Below are positions 49,738-60,302 of a stretch of DNA of 64,000 nucleotides, in pieces. The translations under genes were made by a program, and so were the position numbers. The stretch's first letter is position 1. Every line of letters starts with the position of its first letter. Source of the stretch: Acidobacteriota bacterium (GTDB taxonomy: Bacteria > Acidobacteriota > UBA890 > WLXD01). The stretch covers positions 279-64,278 of the forward strand of contig DASCOT010000213.1 in the NCBI GenBank assembly GCA_036012155.1, written 5' to 3'. The notes beneath the pieces were generated by a model that had not been told where the DNA came from, did no database searches, and saw nothing but the letters and a program-made list of their open reading frames with translations.

Positions 49738-49926
49738 GGCGCTCCTGCCCGACGTCGGGCGGATCGGATCGGCGACTTGAGTCGGGCACGCCCTGCCGTG
49801 GCGCGTGTCTCGTCACCGACAAGGGTACCGGCTCGGGTCAGCGGCAGCATGCATCCAAGAGAATTTTTTCTGCGCTCGAGGAGACACTCGCCCGAGGCGC
49901 GAGGCACGCGACCTCGTCGCCGGCCG

Positions 49927-50586
49927 CTAGCGGTCGGGGTCGCCACGCGGACGCCAGATGGCATCCAGCGACTCGACCTCGTGCGGCAGCTCCGGGTAGT
50001 GATCTAGCTGACCGAGCACGACCGCGATCGTGGCGCGAACGTCGGCGTCGGCAGTGTGCGCGCCGCTGAGCTCGGATCCGCAGTAGAAGCGATGGGCGGC
50101 GGCGAGATCGCGGCGCTCCATGCGCTTGAATATCGCGCACGCGTCGATGATCCGTGCCTCGTCCCATGCCACGGAGTACCCGGCTCGACCGAGCTCCGTG
50201 CGCAGCAACGGCAGGTCGAAGCGCGCCAGATTGTAGCCCCCGAGATCACATTCGCTGATCCAGTCCCATACTGTCGGAGCCATTTCAGCAAAGGTGGGGG
50301 CATTGGCCACATCGCCATCGCCGATACCATGCACCCTGGTGGCTGCCTCGGGAATCGATGTAGCCGGGTTGATGAGCGTCGTGAAGCTCGTTGCTGACCC
50401 CGACGGCTCTATACGAACGAGCGCCAGCTCGACGATCCGATCCGTACACACGTCGAGACCGGTGGTCTCGAGATCAACAAAGGTCAGCGCCCGCTTCAGC
50501 TCCAGTCGGGCCGCCAGTTTCGCCGCCGACCCCTGCAGCTTCGCCAGCTCGACGCTGGCGGCGGGTCGGGAGCTCTCTCTCGTCAT
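49927..50586 (-). CDS. DEDDh 3'-5' exonuclease (DnaQ/epsilon-like)
   Basis: FVDLETTGL Exo I motif plus Exo II/III His motif. The start is assumed at MTRESS. Confidence 0.8.
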   Translation of the reverse strand: MTRESSRPAASVELAKLQGSAAKLAARLELKRALTFVDLETTGLDVCTDRIVELALVRIEPSGSATSFTTLINPATSIPEAATRVHGIGDGDVANAPTFAEMAPTVWDWISECDLGGYNLARFDLPLLRTELGRAGYSVAWDEARIIDACAIFKRMERRDLAAAHRFYCGSELSGAHTADADVRATIAVVLGQLDHYPELPHEVESLDAIWRPRGDPDR

Positions 50587-50689
50587 CGCGGGCTCGAGAC
50601 CCTCGGGATGCACGTCGACCATGGAAGTCGATCTTGCTTCGCCGACGGCGCGACATCAAACGCCTTGCAGCGACATCTCGACAGGCCAG

Positions 50690-50795
50690 AAGAGTCCAAT
50701 ACTAACTATTACTAGTTATTATTATTGATTGCTATTTATTAATAGGTTTTAAAAGGGTTGAGTATCTCTTAAGAACTTCAATACTCTTATGGGGA
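50690..50795. promoter_or_regulatory. About 105-bp extreme AT-rich island (about 25% GC) containing palindromes TATTAATA, TTTTAAAA, AACTATTACTAGTT and a CTCTTA direct repeat
   Basis: Read directly from the sequence. Lies in the divergent region between the exonuclease and the GGDEF-EAL sensor. Confidence 0.5.
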
Positions 50796-51394
50796 GATTC
50801 CAGATCAACTGGCACCCACCTGAACTCGCCAGGTTTACTCGGAAGAACCATCCGAACCTCGCGGGCCCGTCCAGCAGCGGCGGGAATACCGCCACTAGTG
50901 TGTTCTCCGACTCGACGGCGGCGCTGCTCCGTGATCCGCTGGTTCTCGTCACGCTCGCCGTTTTCGTCGGGATCACGGGCATCTACACGATGCCATTCGT
51001 GTCGTACTCCACACTCGTGAGCTTCGTGGTCGGCTGGGCCGACCCCATTCTGATCTGCCTGGCGGTGGTCGCTTTCCTGTCGGGAATACGCCATCTGCAT
51101 CCCGAGGAACGGCAATTCTGGGGTCTCATGACCGTGGCGTTCATCTGCTCCACGGGAGGCACATGGTTGCGCCTGACGATCCCCGCCGCCGAGTGGGAGG
51201 CCGTTGGTCGGTTCGCGGAAGACATCGTCTTCCTGGTGCAGTTCATCCTGATGTTCCTGGCGATCTCGCTGAACCCACATACTGACGAGCGCCGCTGGAG
51301 CCACAACAGCGTCCGCTTCCGCCTGGAATCGATCGGCACGATCAGCTTCGCCAGCTTGATCTTCTTCTACTTCGTGATCCTGCCGACGTACTAG
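50789..51394 (+). CDS. Polytopic membrane domain protein (5 TM); likely the N-terminal half of the downstream sensor, separated from it by an in-frame TAG
   Basis: Same frame as 51419..53596. Junction reads ...FYFVILPTY*GNRADNFALPKSMHVALF... Confidence 0.5.
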   Translation: MGRFQINWHPPELARFTRKNHPNLAGPSSSGGNTATSVFSDSTAALLRDPLVLVTLAVFVGITGIYTMPFVSYSTLVSFVVGWADPILICLAVVAFLSGIRHLHPEERQFWGLMTVAFICSTGGTWLRLTIPAAEWEAVGRFAEDIVFLVQFILMFLAISLNPHTDERRWSHNSVRFRLESIGTISFASLIFFYFVILPTY

Positions 51395-51427
51395 GGCAAC
51401 AGAGCCGACAACTTCGCCTTGCCAAAG

Positions 51428-53596
51428 TCGATGCATGTGGCGCTGTTCACAATGCTGATCTTCTCGTTCTTCTACATCGCCTCGTTCTCAGCGAGCCGCC
51501 GTTGGACGACGATCTATCGCCTGTTCGGCGTATCGCTGATGTTGTGGCTGACCATCGATATCGTCGAACTCATGCTGGTGACCGGCCGGCTCGATATTCC
51601 GGGAGGCATTCCGTACGGCACCATTTACGACTACTTCTTCTTCCTACCGTTCGGTCTGGCTGCCATCGCAGCGCGCATCGGCAGGTGCGGGATCAGACGT
51701 GGCGAGGAGCCGGCACCGTCGCTTCCGGCACGCAATCCACGTCAGATTCGCTATCTGTTCGGACCTCTGGCCGTCTACACCACATCACTGCCGCTGATCC
51801 ACTTCGCTCTCTCGTCGCTCGGCATGCTGGAGGACTCCACGCGACCCGCACGCGAGATGTGCGTCTTCTTTGGCCTGGTGCTGCTGGGAGCGCTCACTCT
51901 GGTCAACGAGAAGCTCATCGAGCGCCAGCGCCGAAGCACCGAGCAAGAGAACAAGCGCCTCGCCGCGTTCCCGATCAAGAATCCAAACCCGTTCATGACC
52001 TTCGGCAGCAACGGCATCGTGAAGTTCCTCAACCCGGCCGCTCAGCGGACTCTCGACGAGCTCGGCATCGACGCCATCGAGGCTTTCTTGCCGGCTAAGC
52101 ACCAAGAGATCGTGGCGGACTGCGTTCAGACCCGGGGCGGCTACCGCGATATCGAGGTCTCCGTCGACAACCGAGTGTTCTCGTTCGGGTACTACTCGAC
52201 CCCGAGCGGCGACGACGTGTTCGTGTACGTGATGGACATCACCGAGCGGAAGCACGCCGAAGGAAAGCTCAAACACGACGCTCTGCACGACACGCTGACC
52301 GGGTTGCCGAATCGCACGATGGTGATGGAAATGCTGTCGCGCTCGATCGAGCGGGCGCGGCAGAACCCACGCTATCGGTTTGCTCTGGTGTTTCTCGATC
52401 TGGATCGCTTCAAGATGGTCAACGACAGTCTTGGCCACCTCGCCGGCGATAGGTTCCTGGTGGAGATCGGCAAGCTCCTGTCGACGTGTTTGCGCCGCAA
52501 CGACGTGGTCGGGCGCTTCGGCGGTGACGAGTTCGTAGTGATCGTGGATGACATCAAGAACCTCAAGGAAGCTACTCGTACGGCCGAGCGCATCCAGCGT
52601 GCCCTTGGTCAGCCGCTGACGATCGATGGCCATGAGATCGTCACCAGTGCGTGTATGGGCATCGCCATGAGCGACCCGAGTCGAAACCGGCCCGAGGACT
52701 ACCTGCGCGATGCCGATACCGCCATGTATCGTGCCAAGCAGCGTGATCTGGCCGGCTTCGAGGTCTTCGATCAGCGCATGCACCAGCACACGATCGCTCA
52801 GCTGAAGCTGGAGAACAAGCTTCGCCGAGCCATCGAAGGTGATGAGCTGATCCTCTACTACCAACCCTACGTATCGCTCGACGACGGGCGCATGGTCGGC
52901 TGCGAGGGATTGATCCGCTGGCAACAGCCCGAGATCGGCCTCGTATCGCCGGGTGATTTCATCCCCGTGGCCGAAGATACCGGGCTCATCATCCCGATTG
53001 GCTGGTGGGTGATCGAGCAAGCGTGCGCCCAACTCGAGCAATGGGAGAAGCTGGTCGGCGACGGACCCTTCACGCTGAGCGTCAACGTCTCCAACAAACA
53101 GCTCGGTGAGGCGCGCTTCGTGGAGAAGCTCGAACGGCGACTGTCACGCTATGACATCGACCGAGGACGGCTCTGCCTGGAGATCACCGAGAGCGTCATC
53201 ACCGATTTGGGAGACGGAGTTATCGAGCTTCTGCGCGACATCAAGCAACTGGGCATACGCCTGGCAGTCGACGATTTCGGAACCGGTTACTCGTCGCTCA
53301 GCTACCTGCGCCACTTCCCCGTCGATCTGCTCAAGATCGATCGCGCCTTCGTCAACTCCCTGGAGGAGAACAAGAAGGATCGGGCGATCGTGCAGGCGAT
53401 CATCACCCTGGCCGAATCCCTCGATCTGACGGTCGTCGCCGAAGGCGTGGAGACTCTCAAACAGGCACACCGGCTCAGAGAGCTGGGCTGCGGACTGGCG
53501 CAGGGCTTCCTGTTCTCGATGCCCGTCGAGGCCCACAAGGCGGAGGAGCTGCTGCGCAAGGAGACGCTCACCGGTGTCGACTACAAGGCCGCGTAG
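51428..53596 (+). CDS. Membrane-anchored PAS-GGDEF-EAL c-di-GMP turnover sensor protein
   Basis: Five TM helices, a PAS-like region, then GGDEF (RFGGDEF) and EAL (EALIRW, DDFGTGYSSL, EGVE) domains. Local GC is lower (about 57%). Confidence 0.85.
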   Translation, partial: SMHVALFTMLIFSFFYIASFSASRRWTTIYRLFGVSLMLWLTIDIVELMLVTGRLDIPGGIPYGTIYDYFFFLPFGLAAIAARIGRCGIRRGEEPAPSLPARNPRQIRYLFGPLAVYTTSLPLIHFALSSLGMLEDSTRPAREMCVFFGLVLLGALTLVNEKLIERQRRSTEQENKRLAAFPIKNPNPFMTFGSNGIVKFLNPAAQRTLDELGIDAIEAFLPAKHQEIVADCVQTRGGYRDIEVSVDNRVFSFGYYSTPSGDDVFVYVMDITERKHAEGKLKHDALHDTLTGLPNRTMVMEMLSRSIERARQNPRYRFALVFLDLDRFKMVNDSLGHLAGDRFLVEIGKLLSTCLRRNDVVGRFGGDEFVVIVDDIKNLKEATRTAERIQRALGQPLTIDGHEIVTSACMGIAMSDPSRNRPEDYLRDADTAMYRAKQRDLAGFEVFDQRMHQHTIAQLKLENKLRRAIEGDELILYYQPYVSLDDGRMVGCEGLIRWQQPEIGLVSPGDFIPVAEDTGLIIPIGWWVIEQACAQLEQWEKLVGDGPFTLSVNVSNKQLGEARFVEKLERRLSRYDIDRGRLCLEITESVITDLGDGVIELLRDIKQLGIRLAVDDFGTGYSSLSYLRHFPVDLLKIDRAFVNSLEENKKDRAIVQAIITLAESLDLTVVAEGVETLKQAHRLRELGCGLAQGFLFSMPVEAHKAEELLRKETLTGVDYKAA

Positions 53597-53608
53597 GGAG
53601 CGACCGAG

Positions 53609-55108
53609 CTAGCCGAACAGACGGAACCAGATCCCCAGCAGCCTCTTGGTCAGCGGCGTCAACCCGGTACGACGGTACGCGTCCCCTACCTTTCGGATGA
53701 TCTCGGCCTGAGTCGGGTACGGGTGGATCGTGCCCGAGATCTGAGAAAGCCCCACACCAGCCGTGATCGCCAGCGCCAGCTCACCGATCATGTCACCCGC
53801 ATGCTCGGCAACCATCGTGGCACCGAGGATACGTCCTTTCTCATGGTGTACACGCAGGAAGCCGCTGTCTTCACCGTCGAGAACGGCGCGATCAACCTCC
53901 GAGAGCGGGATCGTGATAGTGCTGACGTCGTGGCCCACAGCGCGCGCGTCCGCTTCGTACATCCCCACATGCGCGATCTCGGGACTGGTATACGTACACC
54001 ACGGCACAACCAACTTGCTGGCTCGGGCGCGCCCGAAGAACAGGGCGTTCTGAATGACGATGCGCGCCTGTGCATCAGCTGTGTGGGTGAATTGATATCG
54101 CGAGGCCACGTCGCCACAGGCGTAGACGCGCCGGTTACTAGTGCGCAAGAAGTCATCGACTTCGATGCCCCGCGAGCCGTACTTCACGCCAGCTTCGTCG
54201 AGACCGAGATCCTCTACATTGGGCTTCCTGCCGACGGCAACGAGCAGGGCGTCGACCTCGATCTCACGCGCCACACCGTCTTCGAGCTCGTACCGCACGG
54301 CTTTCGTGTCGCCGGCAGTGGACGCCACCGAGTCAATGCGGGCCTTCAGAATCAGCTCGACACCATCGGTGACGAGGCTCTCCTGCACGACCCCGGCCGC
54401 GTCCGGATCCTCGCGCGGCAACACATGATCGGCCATATCGAACAATGTGACCCGGCTACCGAAGCGCGCCAACGATTGCGCCAACTCACAGCCAATGGGG
54501 CCGCCGCCGATCACCCCGAACCGCGCGGGAAGATGGGTCAGTGAGAAAACCGTCTCGTTCGTCAGGTAATCGATCTCGTCGAGGCCGGGGATGGGTGGCG
54601 CTGCGGCGCGGCCGCCGGTAGCGATCACCGCTCGACGGAAGCGCAGCTGCCTGCCGCCGACCTCGAGTGTGTCTGAGCCCGTGAAGCGCGCTTGCCCGAG
54701 ATATACATCCACACCGAGGTGAGCGAAGCGCTCGGCGCTGTCGTGGTGGCTGATGCCGGCACGCAGGCGCCGCATTCGCCGCATTGCTACACCGAAGTCA
54801 TCGTCCCCTCCGCAGGTAGGTCCGCCAAACTCGGGGCCGGCACGCCGCGCCGCGTGCCAGGCGCGCGCCGCACTGATCACACCCTTGGACGGAACGCACC
54901 CGACATTGAGGCAATCGCCACCCATCAGATGCCGCTCGATCACGGCGGCGCGAGCGCCGAGCCCCGCCGCACCGGCCGCCGAAACCAAGCCGGCAGTGCC
55001 AGCACCGATGGCCACGATGTTGTAGCGGCCGCGAGGCTCCGGGTTGGTCCAGTCGTCGGGGTGGACGTTCGCCAGTAGCTCTTCGTTGTGCTTATCGAAC
55101 GGCGCCAT
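53609..55108 (-). CDS. Pyridine nucleotide-disulfide oxidoreductase (mercuric reductase / dihydrolipoamide dehydrogenase-like)
   Basis: GGDCLNVGCVPSK redox disulfide, FAD/NAD Rossmann folds and a dimerisation domain. The start is assumed at MAPFDKHNEELL. Confidence 0.8.
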   Translation of the reverse strand: MAPFDKHNEELLANVHPDDWTNPEPRGRYNIVAIGAGTAGLVSAAGAAGLGARAAVIERHLMGGDCLNVGCVPSKGVISAARAWHAARRAGPEFGGPTCGGDDDFGVAMRRMRRLRAGISHHDSAERFAHLGVDVYLGQARFTGSDTLEVGGRQLRFRRAVIATGGRAAAPPIPGLDEIDYLTNETVFSLTHLPARFGVIGGGPIGCELAQSLARFGSRVTLFDMADHVLPREDPDAAGVVQESLVTDGVELILKARIDSVASTAGDTKAVRYELEDGVAREIEVDALLVAVGRKPNVEDLGLDEAGVKYGSRGIEVDDFLRTSNRRVYACGDVASRYQFTHTADAQARIVIQNALFFGRARASKLVVPWCTYTSPEIAHVGMYEADARAVGHDVSTITIPLSEVDRAVLDGEDSGFLRVHHEKGRILGATMVAEHAGDMIGELALAITAGVGLSQISGTIHPYPTQAEIIRKVGDAYRRTGLTPLTKRLLGIWFRLFG

Positions 55109-55151
55109 CCGAAGCCCCCTGCCTGACGCGCCGCCAGACCCTGTCGCCGCC

Positions 55152-55916
55152 TCAGGCATCGGTTATCTGCTGCAGCGCCTGCCGAGCGGTTCGAGTGATG
55201 AGCGTGGTTACCACAACGGTAGCCACCAATCCCACGGCCGCAACGACCCAGTACCCTACGCCGCGCTCGGTCGCGACTCCGCCTGCCAGCGCCGCCACAT
55301 CACCAACGACTTTGCCCGTGTAGACGTAGAGCAGGGTTCCCGGGAGCATGCCGAGACAGGCGATCGCATAGTCGCGGGGCCGCACCCGCGTCAGACCCAA
55401 CGCATAGTTCAACATGTTGAATGGGAACACCGGTGACAATCGCAACAGCGCGACGATCTTCAGACCCTCACGTTCGACCGCACGATCGATCGCGGCGAAG
55501 CGCGCGTTGTTCTGGAGCTTCTGCTCGATGGCCCTGCGTGCGACAGTGCGTGCCAGAAAGAACGCCGCCATCGCACCAACTGTGGCACCAATGAACACCC
55601 ACAGCACACCCTGCGCGATTCCGAAGATCGCCCCGGCCGCCAGCGTCAGGAGCGACCCCGGAACAAAGGCCACCGCGGCGACCGTGTAGCCGACGACGAA
55701 AGCTAGCGGGCCCCACATCCCCAGCCCATCGACCCACTCGGCAAACCGCGGCACGGAGCCGGCCGCCTCACGCCCGAAGGTCACCAACAGCAGCACCGCT
55801 ACGGCTGCTACCGCGAGCCGTGGCCACAACGCCGGGGAGCGTGCCTCGGTGGCGTCGCCGGATGACTGACCGGCGCTTGCTTGTGGCTCTGGAAACGACA
55901 CGATCTGCTCCTGCAT
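55152..55916 (-). CDS. TVP38/TMEM64 (DedA/SNARE-associated) family membrane protein
   Basis: Conserved DedA core. Start MQEQIVSFPE; the track ORF extends to 56126 but would overlap the divergent hydrolase gene. Confidence 0.75.
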   Translation of the reverse strand: MQEQIVSFPEPQASAGQSSGDATEARSPALWPRLAVAAVAVLLLVTFGREAAGSVPRFAEWVDGLGMWGPLAFVVGYTVAAVAFVPGSLLTLAAGAIFGIAQGVLWVFIGATVGAMAAFFLARTVARRAIEQKLQNNARFAAIDRAVEREGLKIVALLRLSPVFPFNMLNYALGLTRVRPRDYAIACLGMLPGTLLYVYTGKVVGDVAALAGGVATERGVGYWVVAAVGLVATVVVTTLITRTARQALQQITDA

Positions 55917-56070
55917 TGACGTCCTCGCGTACGGTAGTCGCCAGCCGACGGCTGCGGAAGGGCGACGAATCGATCGGTTGCCCACCGATCCTTCGTGTTG
56001 ACTTTGCTGGACAGGCGCTCGGAGTTTCTGCGAATGCCAATGCTGGACTCGCCTGGCAGGGCATCCCACA

Positions 56071-56712
56071 ATGCGCGCCATGACTGTCGACGACTTTATC
56101 TTTGACGGCGTGCCCGACGGCCCCACCGTGGTGCTGGCTCACGGTGCCGGTGCCGCGATGGATTCTCCCTGGATGAACAATTTCGCCGCCGGGCTTGCCG
56201 AGCACCGACTGCGCGTCGCCCGATTCGAGTTCCCCTACATGCGACGGCGGCGTGAAACCGGCAAGCGCGGCGGGCCTGACCGCGCGTCGACGCTCCTCGA
56301 AGCCTGGCGTGAGGCAGTTGGCGCCCTGGGCAGTGGCAGCGAGCTGGTCATCGGCGGCAAATCGATGGGCGGCCGCATCGCCAGCATGGTGGCCGACGAG
56401 GTCGCAGCGCGAGGCCTGTTGTGCCTCGGTTACCCCTTCCATCCGCCGGGTCGGCCCGACAAGCTCCGCACTGCCCACCTGACCGACCTGCGCACGCCAA
56501 CGCTCGTCCTCCAGGGCGTCCGCGACGCGTTCGGCACGCCCGCGGAGGTGGAGCGCTACGGTCTATCGGCGGCGATCTCCGTGCACTGGTTGGCTGACGG
56601 CGACCACTCGTTCAAGCCACGCGTGCGATCGGGCCGAACGCTGGCGGGCAACCTCCAGGAGGCCCTCGACGCCGCAGCCGCGTTCGTCGGGGCATTACCC
56701 ACGTCCGGTTAG
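56071..56712 (+). CDS. Alpha/beta hydrolase (KANL3/Tex30-like)
   Basis: GGKSMGG nucleophile elbow. 213 aa. Confidence 0.7.
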   Translation: MRAMTVDDFIFDGVPDGPTVVLAHGAGAAMDSPWMNNFAAGLAEHRLRVARFEFPYMRRRRETGKRGGPDRASTLLEAWREAVGALGSGSELVIGGKSMGGRIASMVADEVAARGLLCLGYPFHPPGRPDKLRTAHLTDLRTPTLVLQGVRDAFGTPAEVERYGLSAAISVHWLADGDHSFKPRVRSGRTLAGNLQEALDAAAAFVGALPTSG

Positions 56713-56771
56713 CGCCGATTCCGGCCTCTCAGGCCACCAGCAAGCAACCTGGAGAATGCGCCGGCGCGGCA

Positions 56772-59339
56772 TCACTCTGCCTTCTCGAGCTCCGAAAGGA
56801 GCTGCAGCGCTCCAAGCAAGTCTGGACGCTCCCCGAGTATCGCTTGCATCGGCTCTTGCTTCATGCGGCGGAGCCGGCGCGGTACCGTCTTGATGGTGAA
56901 GCGGTGCATGTCGAGCTTGTCGCCGACCTCCCTCCACCGAAGCGGGGTCGAAACGGTGGCGCCACGGAATGGCCGCACACACAGCGGCGATACCAGCAAG
57001 CGGCCCGCGCCATTCTGCACCGCATCGATGTACGCGCGGCCGCCGCGCGCTTGCAGCGGCCGGTTCACCGTGGCCAACTCCGGGTATCGTCGCGATACGA
57101 TCAACGCCAGCAGATCGGCCAACATACGGCCGTGCTCGTAGGTGACCTGCCGACCCAGCGGCACCAGCACATGCATTCCGGTCTTCCCGGACGTCTTGGC
57201 ATAGCAGCTCAAACCGATCTGCCGACATAGCTGATTGATTCGGCGCGCCACCTGCACGACGCTGCCGAACGGGGCTTCTTTCGGGTCGAAATCGAGGATC
57301 GCCCAGTCGGGATGGTCGATGGTGGACGTTCGACTGGACCAGATGTGCAGTGGGATGGCGGCCGCGTTGGCCATGTAGATCAACCCTTCGGGGTCATCGA
57401 CGACGAAGTAGTCGATGTCGCGCTCGCCCGATCCGGAGTGAATGGTCACTGTGCGGACCCAATCGGGCGTGAAGTGTGGCGCGTGCTTCTGGAAGAACGA
57501 CTTGCCCTCGATACCGTCGGGGTAACGGTCGAGCACCAGCGGCCGGTCCTCCAAGTAGGGCAACAGCCACTCCGATACCGCGCGGTAGTAATCGATCAGG
57601 TCGCCCTTGGTGTAGCCCTCGTGCGGCCAGAATACCTTCTCGGGCCGCGTGATCACCGTGCGTCCGGCTTCGAGTGGCGCGACGGTCGTGGAATCGTTCT
57701 CTTCAGCATGGAAGAACTGCGCATGCACAAGCGCAAGTTGGCTCGTGTCACACTGCGCCGGCGACTTGTCGAGGCGCAAACGCGAGAAGACCGGGTGCCT
57801 GAGCAACCCTTCCGGAGTGATCTCCTTGAACCGCACTTCGCAAACCAGCTCCGGTCGTACCCAAACCGTCTCCTCTGGCTTGGGGAACTTCGCATGGCGC
57901 TGTGTTCCGTATTCCGGCAGCTCCACTGGCGGCTTTGCGACCTCGTTGCGCAACCCGAGCAACTGTTGGTGGATCTCGTTGATCTGCCGCTCGCGCAGCC
58001 CGCTGCCGACGCGCCCGACGTAGACCAACTCGCCTTCGTGAGCCACGGCCACGAGCAGCGCGCCGAGCGTCTTGCGCGAGCCCTTGCCGTGGACGAACCC
58101 CACGATCACCAGGTCGGCCTGGCGATCGGCGCGGATCTTCAGCCAGTGATCTGAGCGGCCGGCGCGGTACCTGGAGTCACCGCGCTTCGCCATCAGCCCC
58201 TCGAGCCCCATCTTCGCCACCTGCTCGAAGAGCTCGGCGCCTTGCCGCTCGATGTGTTCGGTATAGCGTACCGGCCCTGTCTGTGGCACGACGCGACGCA
58301 ACAGCCCCTTGCGCTCCGAGAGCGGCAAGCGGCGCAGGTCATAGCCGTCGAGCTCGATCAGGTCGAAGACGAAGTACGTCGCCGGATGATGCAGGGCCGC
58401 CGTCCGGATGTCCGGCCCACGCGACAGGCGCGCTCGTTTGGTCAACCGGCTGAAACTCGGCCGGCCGTCTTCGCCGAGGACCACCACCTCGCCATCGAGC
58501 ACTACCGACCGATAGGGCAGCGCGACCAACGCCGCCATCAGATCCGGGTAGATCTCGGTCACGTTGCCGCCGTTGCGGTAGCGCAGAAAAGCATCGCCTT
58601 CGTCCACGCCCACCACCAGGCGATAGCCATCGTATTTGAGCTCGAACAGCCACTCGTCGCGCGAGAACGGCGCGTCGGCAGTCTTCGCCAGCATGAGTTC
58701 CAGGCTCGACGCGTTGACACGCTGCCGCGACGTACCGGCGGCCGCCAGTTCGGCTAGCACCCTCTCGGCCGGGCCGGTGGCACCACCGAGCTGCTCGACG
58801 GTGAGTCCCGAGTAGACCGATTCCTGTGGAAGCTTCGCCTCGTCTCCGCGGCGCGCAAAGCCATCGGCTTTCTTGATGAGGAGCCATTCCTTCGGATTGC
58901 GTTTGGTGCGCACGAGCGTCCAGCGGCCCCTGAGCTTGTAGCCATACAGGTCGAACAGCAGCTTGTTGTCGCCGGTCTGATCATCCTCGCGCTGCACCCA
59001 GCGGCCGCGATCCCAGACGATCATCGCCCCGGCTCCGTAGTTGCCTTCCGGGATCACGTCTTCGAAGTCCAGGTACTCGACCGGGTGGTCCTCGGTCTCA
59101 ACCGCTAGCCGCTTGTCGGCCGTATCGAGTGACGGGCCGTTTGGAACAGCCCAGCAGCGTAGAACCCCGTCAACCTCGAGGCGCAGGTCGTAGTGCTGGC
59201 GCCGTGCGGCGTGCAGGTGAATCACGAACTCTCCCGGACGGCTTACACCGGTAGGGAAGGGCTCCGGAGTGTCCTGCGCGCGCCGCTTCTTCCTGTACTT
59301 TGCTAGGCGCGAGTGTGCGTCCTTGTCATTGCCTGGCAT
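56772..59339 (-). CDS. ligD: Multifunctional NHEJ DNA ligase D (phosphoesterase - ATP-dependent ligase - polymerase/primase)
   Basis: 855 aa. N-terminal PE domain (FVIHLHAARRQHYDLRLE), a central ligase domain with KYDGYR adenylation Lys, and a C-terminal LigD Pol domain. Confidence 0.9.
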   Translation of the reverse strand: MPGNDKDAHSRLAKYRKKRRAQDTPEPFPTGVSRPGEFVIHLHAARRQHYDLRLEVDGVLRCWAVPNGPSLDTADKRLAVETEDHPVEYLDFEDVIPEGNYGAGAMIVWDRGRWVQREDDQTGDNKLLFDLYGYKLRGRWTLVRTKRNPKEWLLIKKADGFARRGDEAKLPQESVYSGLTVEQLGGATGPAERVLAELAAAGTSRQRVNASSLELMLAKTADAPFSRDEWLFELKYDGYRLVVGVDEGDAFLRYRNGGNVTEIYPDLMAALVALPYRSVVLDGEVVVLGEDGRPSFSRLTKRARLSRGPDIRTAALHHPATYFVFDLIELDGYDLRRLPLSERKGLLRRVVPQTGPVRYTEHIERQGAELFEQVAKMGLEGLMAKRGDSRYRAGRSDHWLKIRADRQADLVIVGFVHGKGSRKTLGALLVAVAHEGELVYVGRVGSGLRERQINEIHQQLLGLRNEVAKPPVELPEYGTQRHAKFPKPEETVWVRPELVCEVRFKEITPEGLLRHPVFSRLRLDKSPAQCDTSQLALVHAQFFHAEENDSTTVAPLEAGRTVITRPEKVFWPHEGYTKGDLIDYYRAVSEWLLPYLEDRPLVLDRYPDGIEGKSFFQKHAPHFTPDWVRTVTIHSGSGERDIDYFVVDDPEGLIYMANAAAIPLHIWSSRTSTIDHPDWAILDFDPKEAPFGSVVQVARRINQLCRQIGLSCYAKTSGKTGMHVLVPLGRQVTYEHGRMLADLLALIVSRRYPELATVNRPLQARGGRAYIDAVQNGAGRLLVSPLCVRPFRGATVSTPLRWREVGDKLDMHRFTIKTVPRRLRRMKQEPMQAILGERPDLLGALQLLSELEKAE

Positions 59340-59365
59340 CGCGTGTCGAATGCTATAGTACTTGT

Positions 59366-60249
59366 ATGGCTGCGCGCGCTATGGCTACGGCAACAATCTC
59401 GTTCGGGCTCGTCTCAATTCCCGCAAGACTGTATTCAAGCACGGTCACCAGCGCCAAGATCAGCCTCAACTGGATCAATCCGAAAACCGGCTCGCGGGTC
59501 CGGATGCGCTTCTGGGATCCGACCGACGACAACTTGGTGGAGCGCGCGGACCTGGTCAAGGGCTATGAGTTCGCCAAGGGCCAGTACGTCACCTTCACGA
59601 GGAAGAGCTCGAAGAGATCGTCTTCAAGGCGACGCACGCCATCGAGATCAAGGAGTTCGTGCCGCTCGAGCAGGTCGACCCGATCCACTTTACGAAGGCC
59701 TACTACCTAGGGTCGAATACCGGCGGTGAGCGCCCGTACCAATTGCTCGCTCGCGTCATGCGAGAGAAGAACCGCGCCGCGTTGGCGATGTACGCAGCAC
59801 GCGGCAAAAACTACCTGGTGTTGCTCCGACCCTTCGAAGAAGGGTTGATCATGCAGCAACTGCGTTACAACACCGAGATCCGCTCCCTCGAAGACATCGA
59901 GGTCGGCGACGCCGAGATCGACGACAGCGAGCTTCAGCTGGCCAAGCAGATCGTCGACCAGATATCGAACGACGAGTTCCGCCCCGAGCAGTACCGCGAC
60001 ACAGCCACCGAGCGGCTCGAGAAGATCATCGCCGAAAAGGTCGAGGGAAAGGAGATCACCGCCGCCCCCGAGGAGGAGACGGAAGGGCAGATCATCGACC
60101 TGATGGAGGCTCTCAAGAGCAGCCTTGTGGGGTACTCGGGCGAAGTCGGGTCTGCGGCTACAGGCCGCAAGGGAGCCAAGCGCAAGAGCTCGCCCCGCAG
60201 TAAGGGCACTAAGGCGAAAGCCGCAACCAAGCGGGCCAGAAAGAAATAG
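59366..60249 (+). pseudogene. ku: Ku DNA end-binding protein with a 1-nt deletion frameshift near 59599/59600 (may be a sequencing error)
   Basis: Frame 1 gives MAARAMATATISFGLVSIPARLYS...QYVTFT. Frame +2 from 59599 continues EEELEEIVFKATHAIEIKEFVPLEQVD...YYLGS... to the Lys-rich tail. ACG-GAG is read as ACGAG. Confidence 0.6.
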
Positions 60250-60302
60250 TCATCAGCGAACGGGCTACCCGAAGCGGCTACGGCACCACCGACGTTGCCC
60301 GT

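Noticed and set aside
49738-49926. Possible intrinsic terminator after the exonuclease gene (T-run AATTTTTTCT near GC-rich inverted repeats)
   Set aside because: On the relevant (minus) transcript the run is A-rich, not U-rich, and the stem is imperfect. Orientation is wrong for a terminator of either flanking gene.
51785-53041. 418-aa minus-strand ORF
   Set aside because: Antisense to the GGDEF-EAL sensor gene.
57312-58757. Two plus-strand ORFs (280 aa, 171 aa) inside ligD
   Set aside because: Antisense to ligD, which has all three LigD domains intact.
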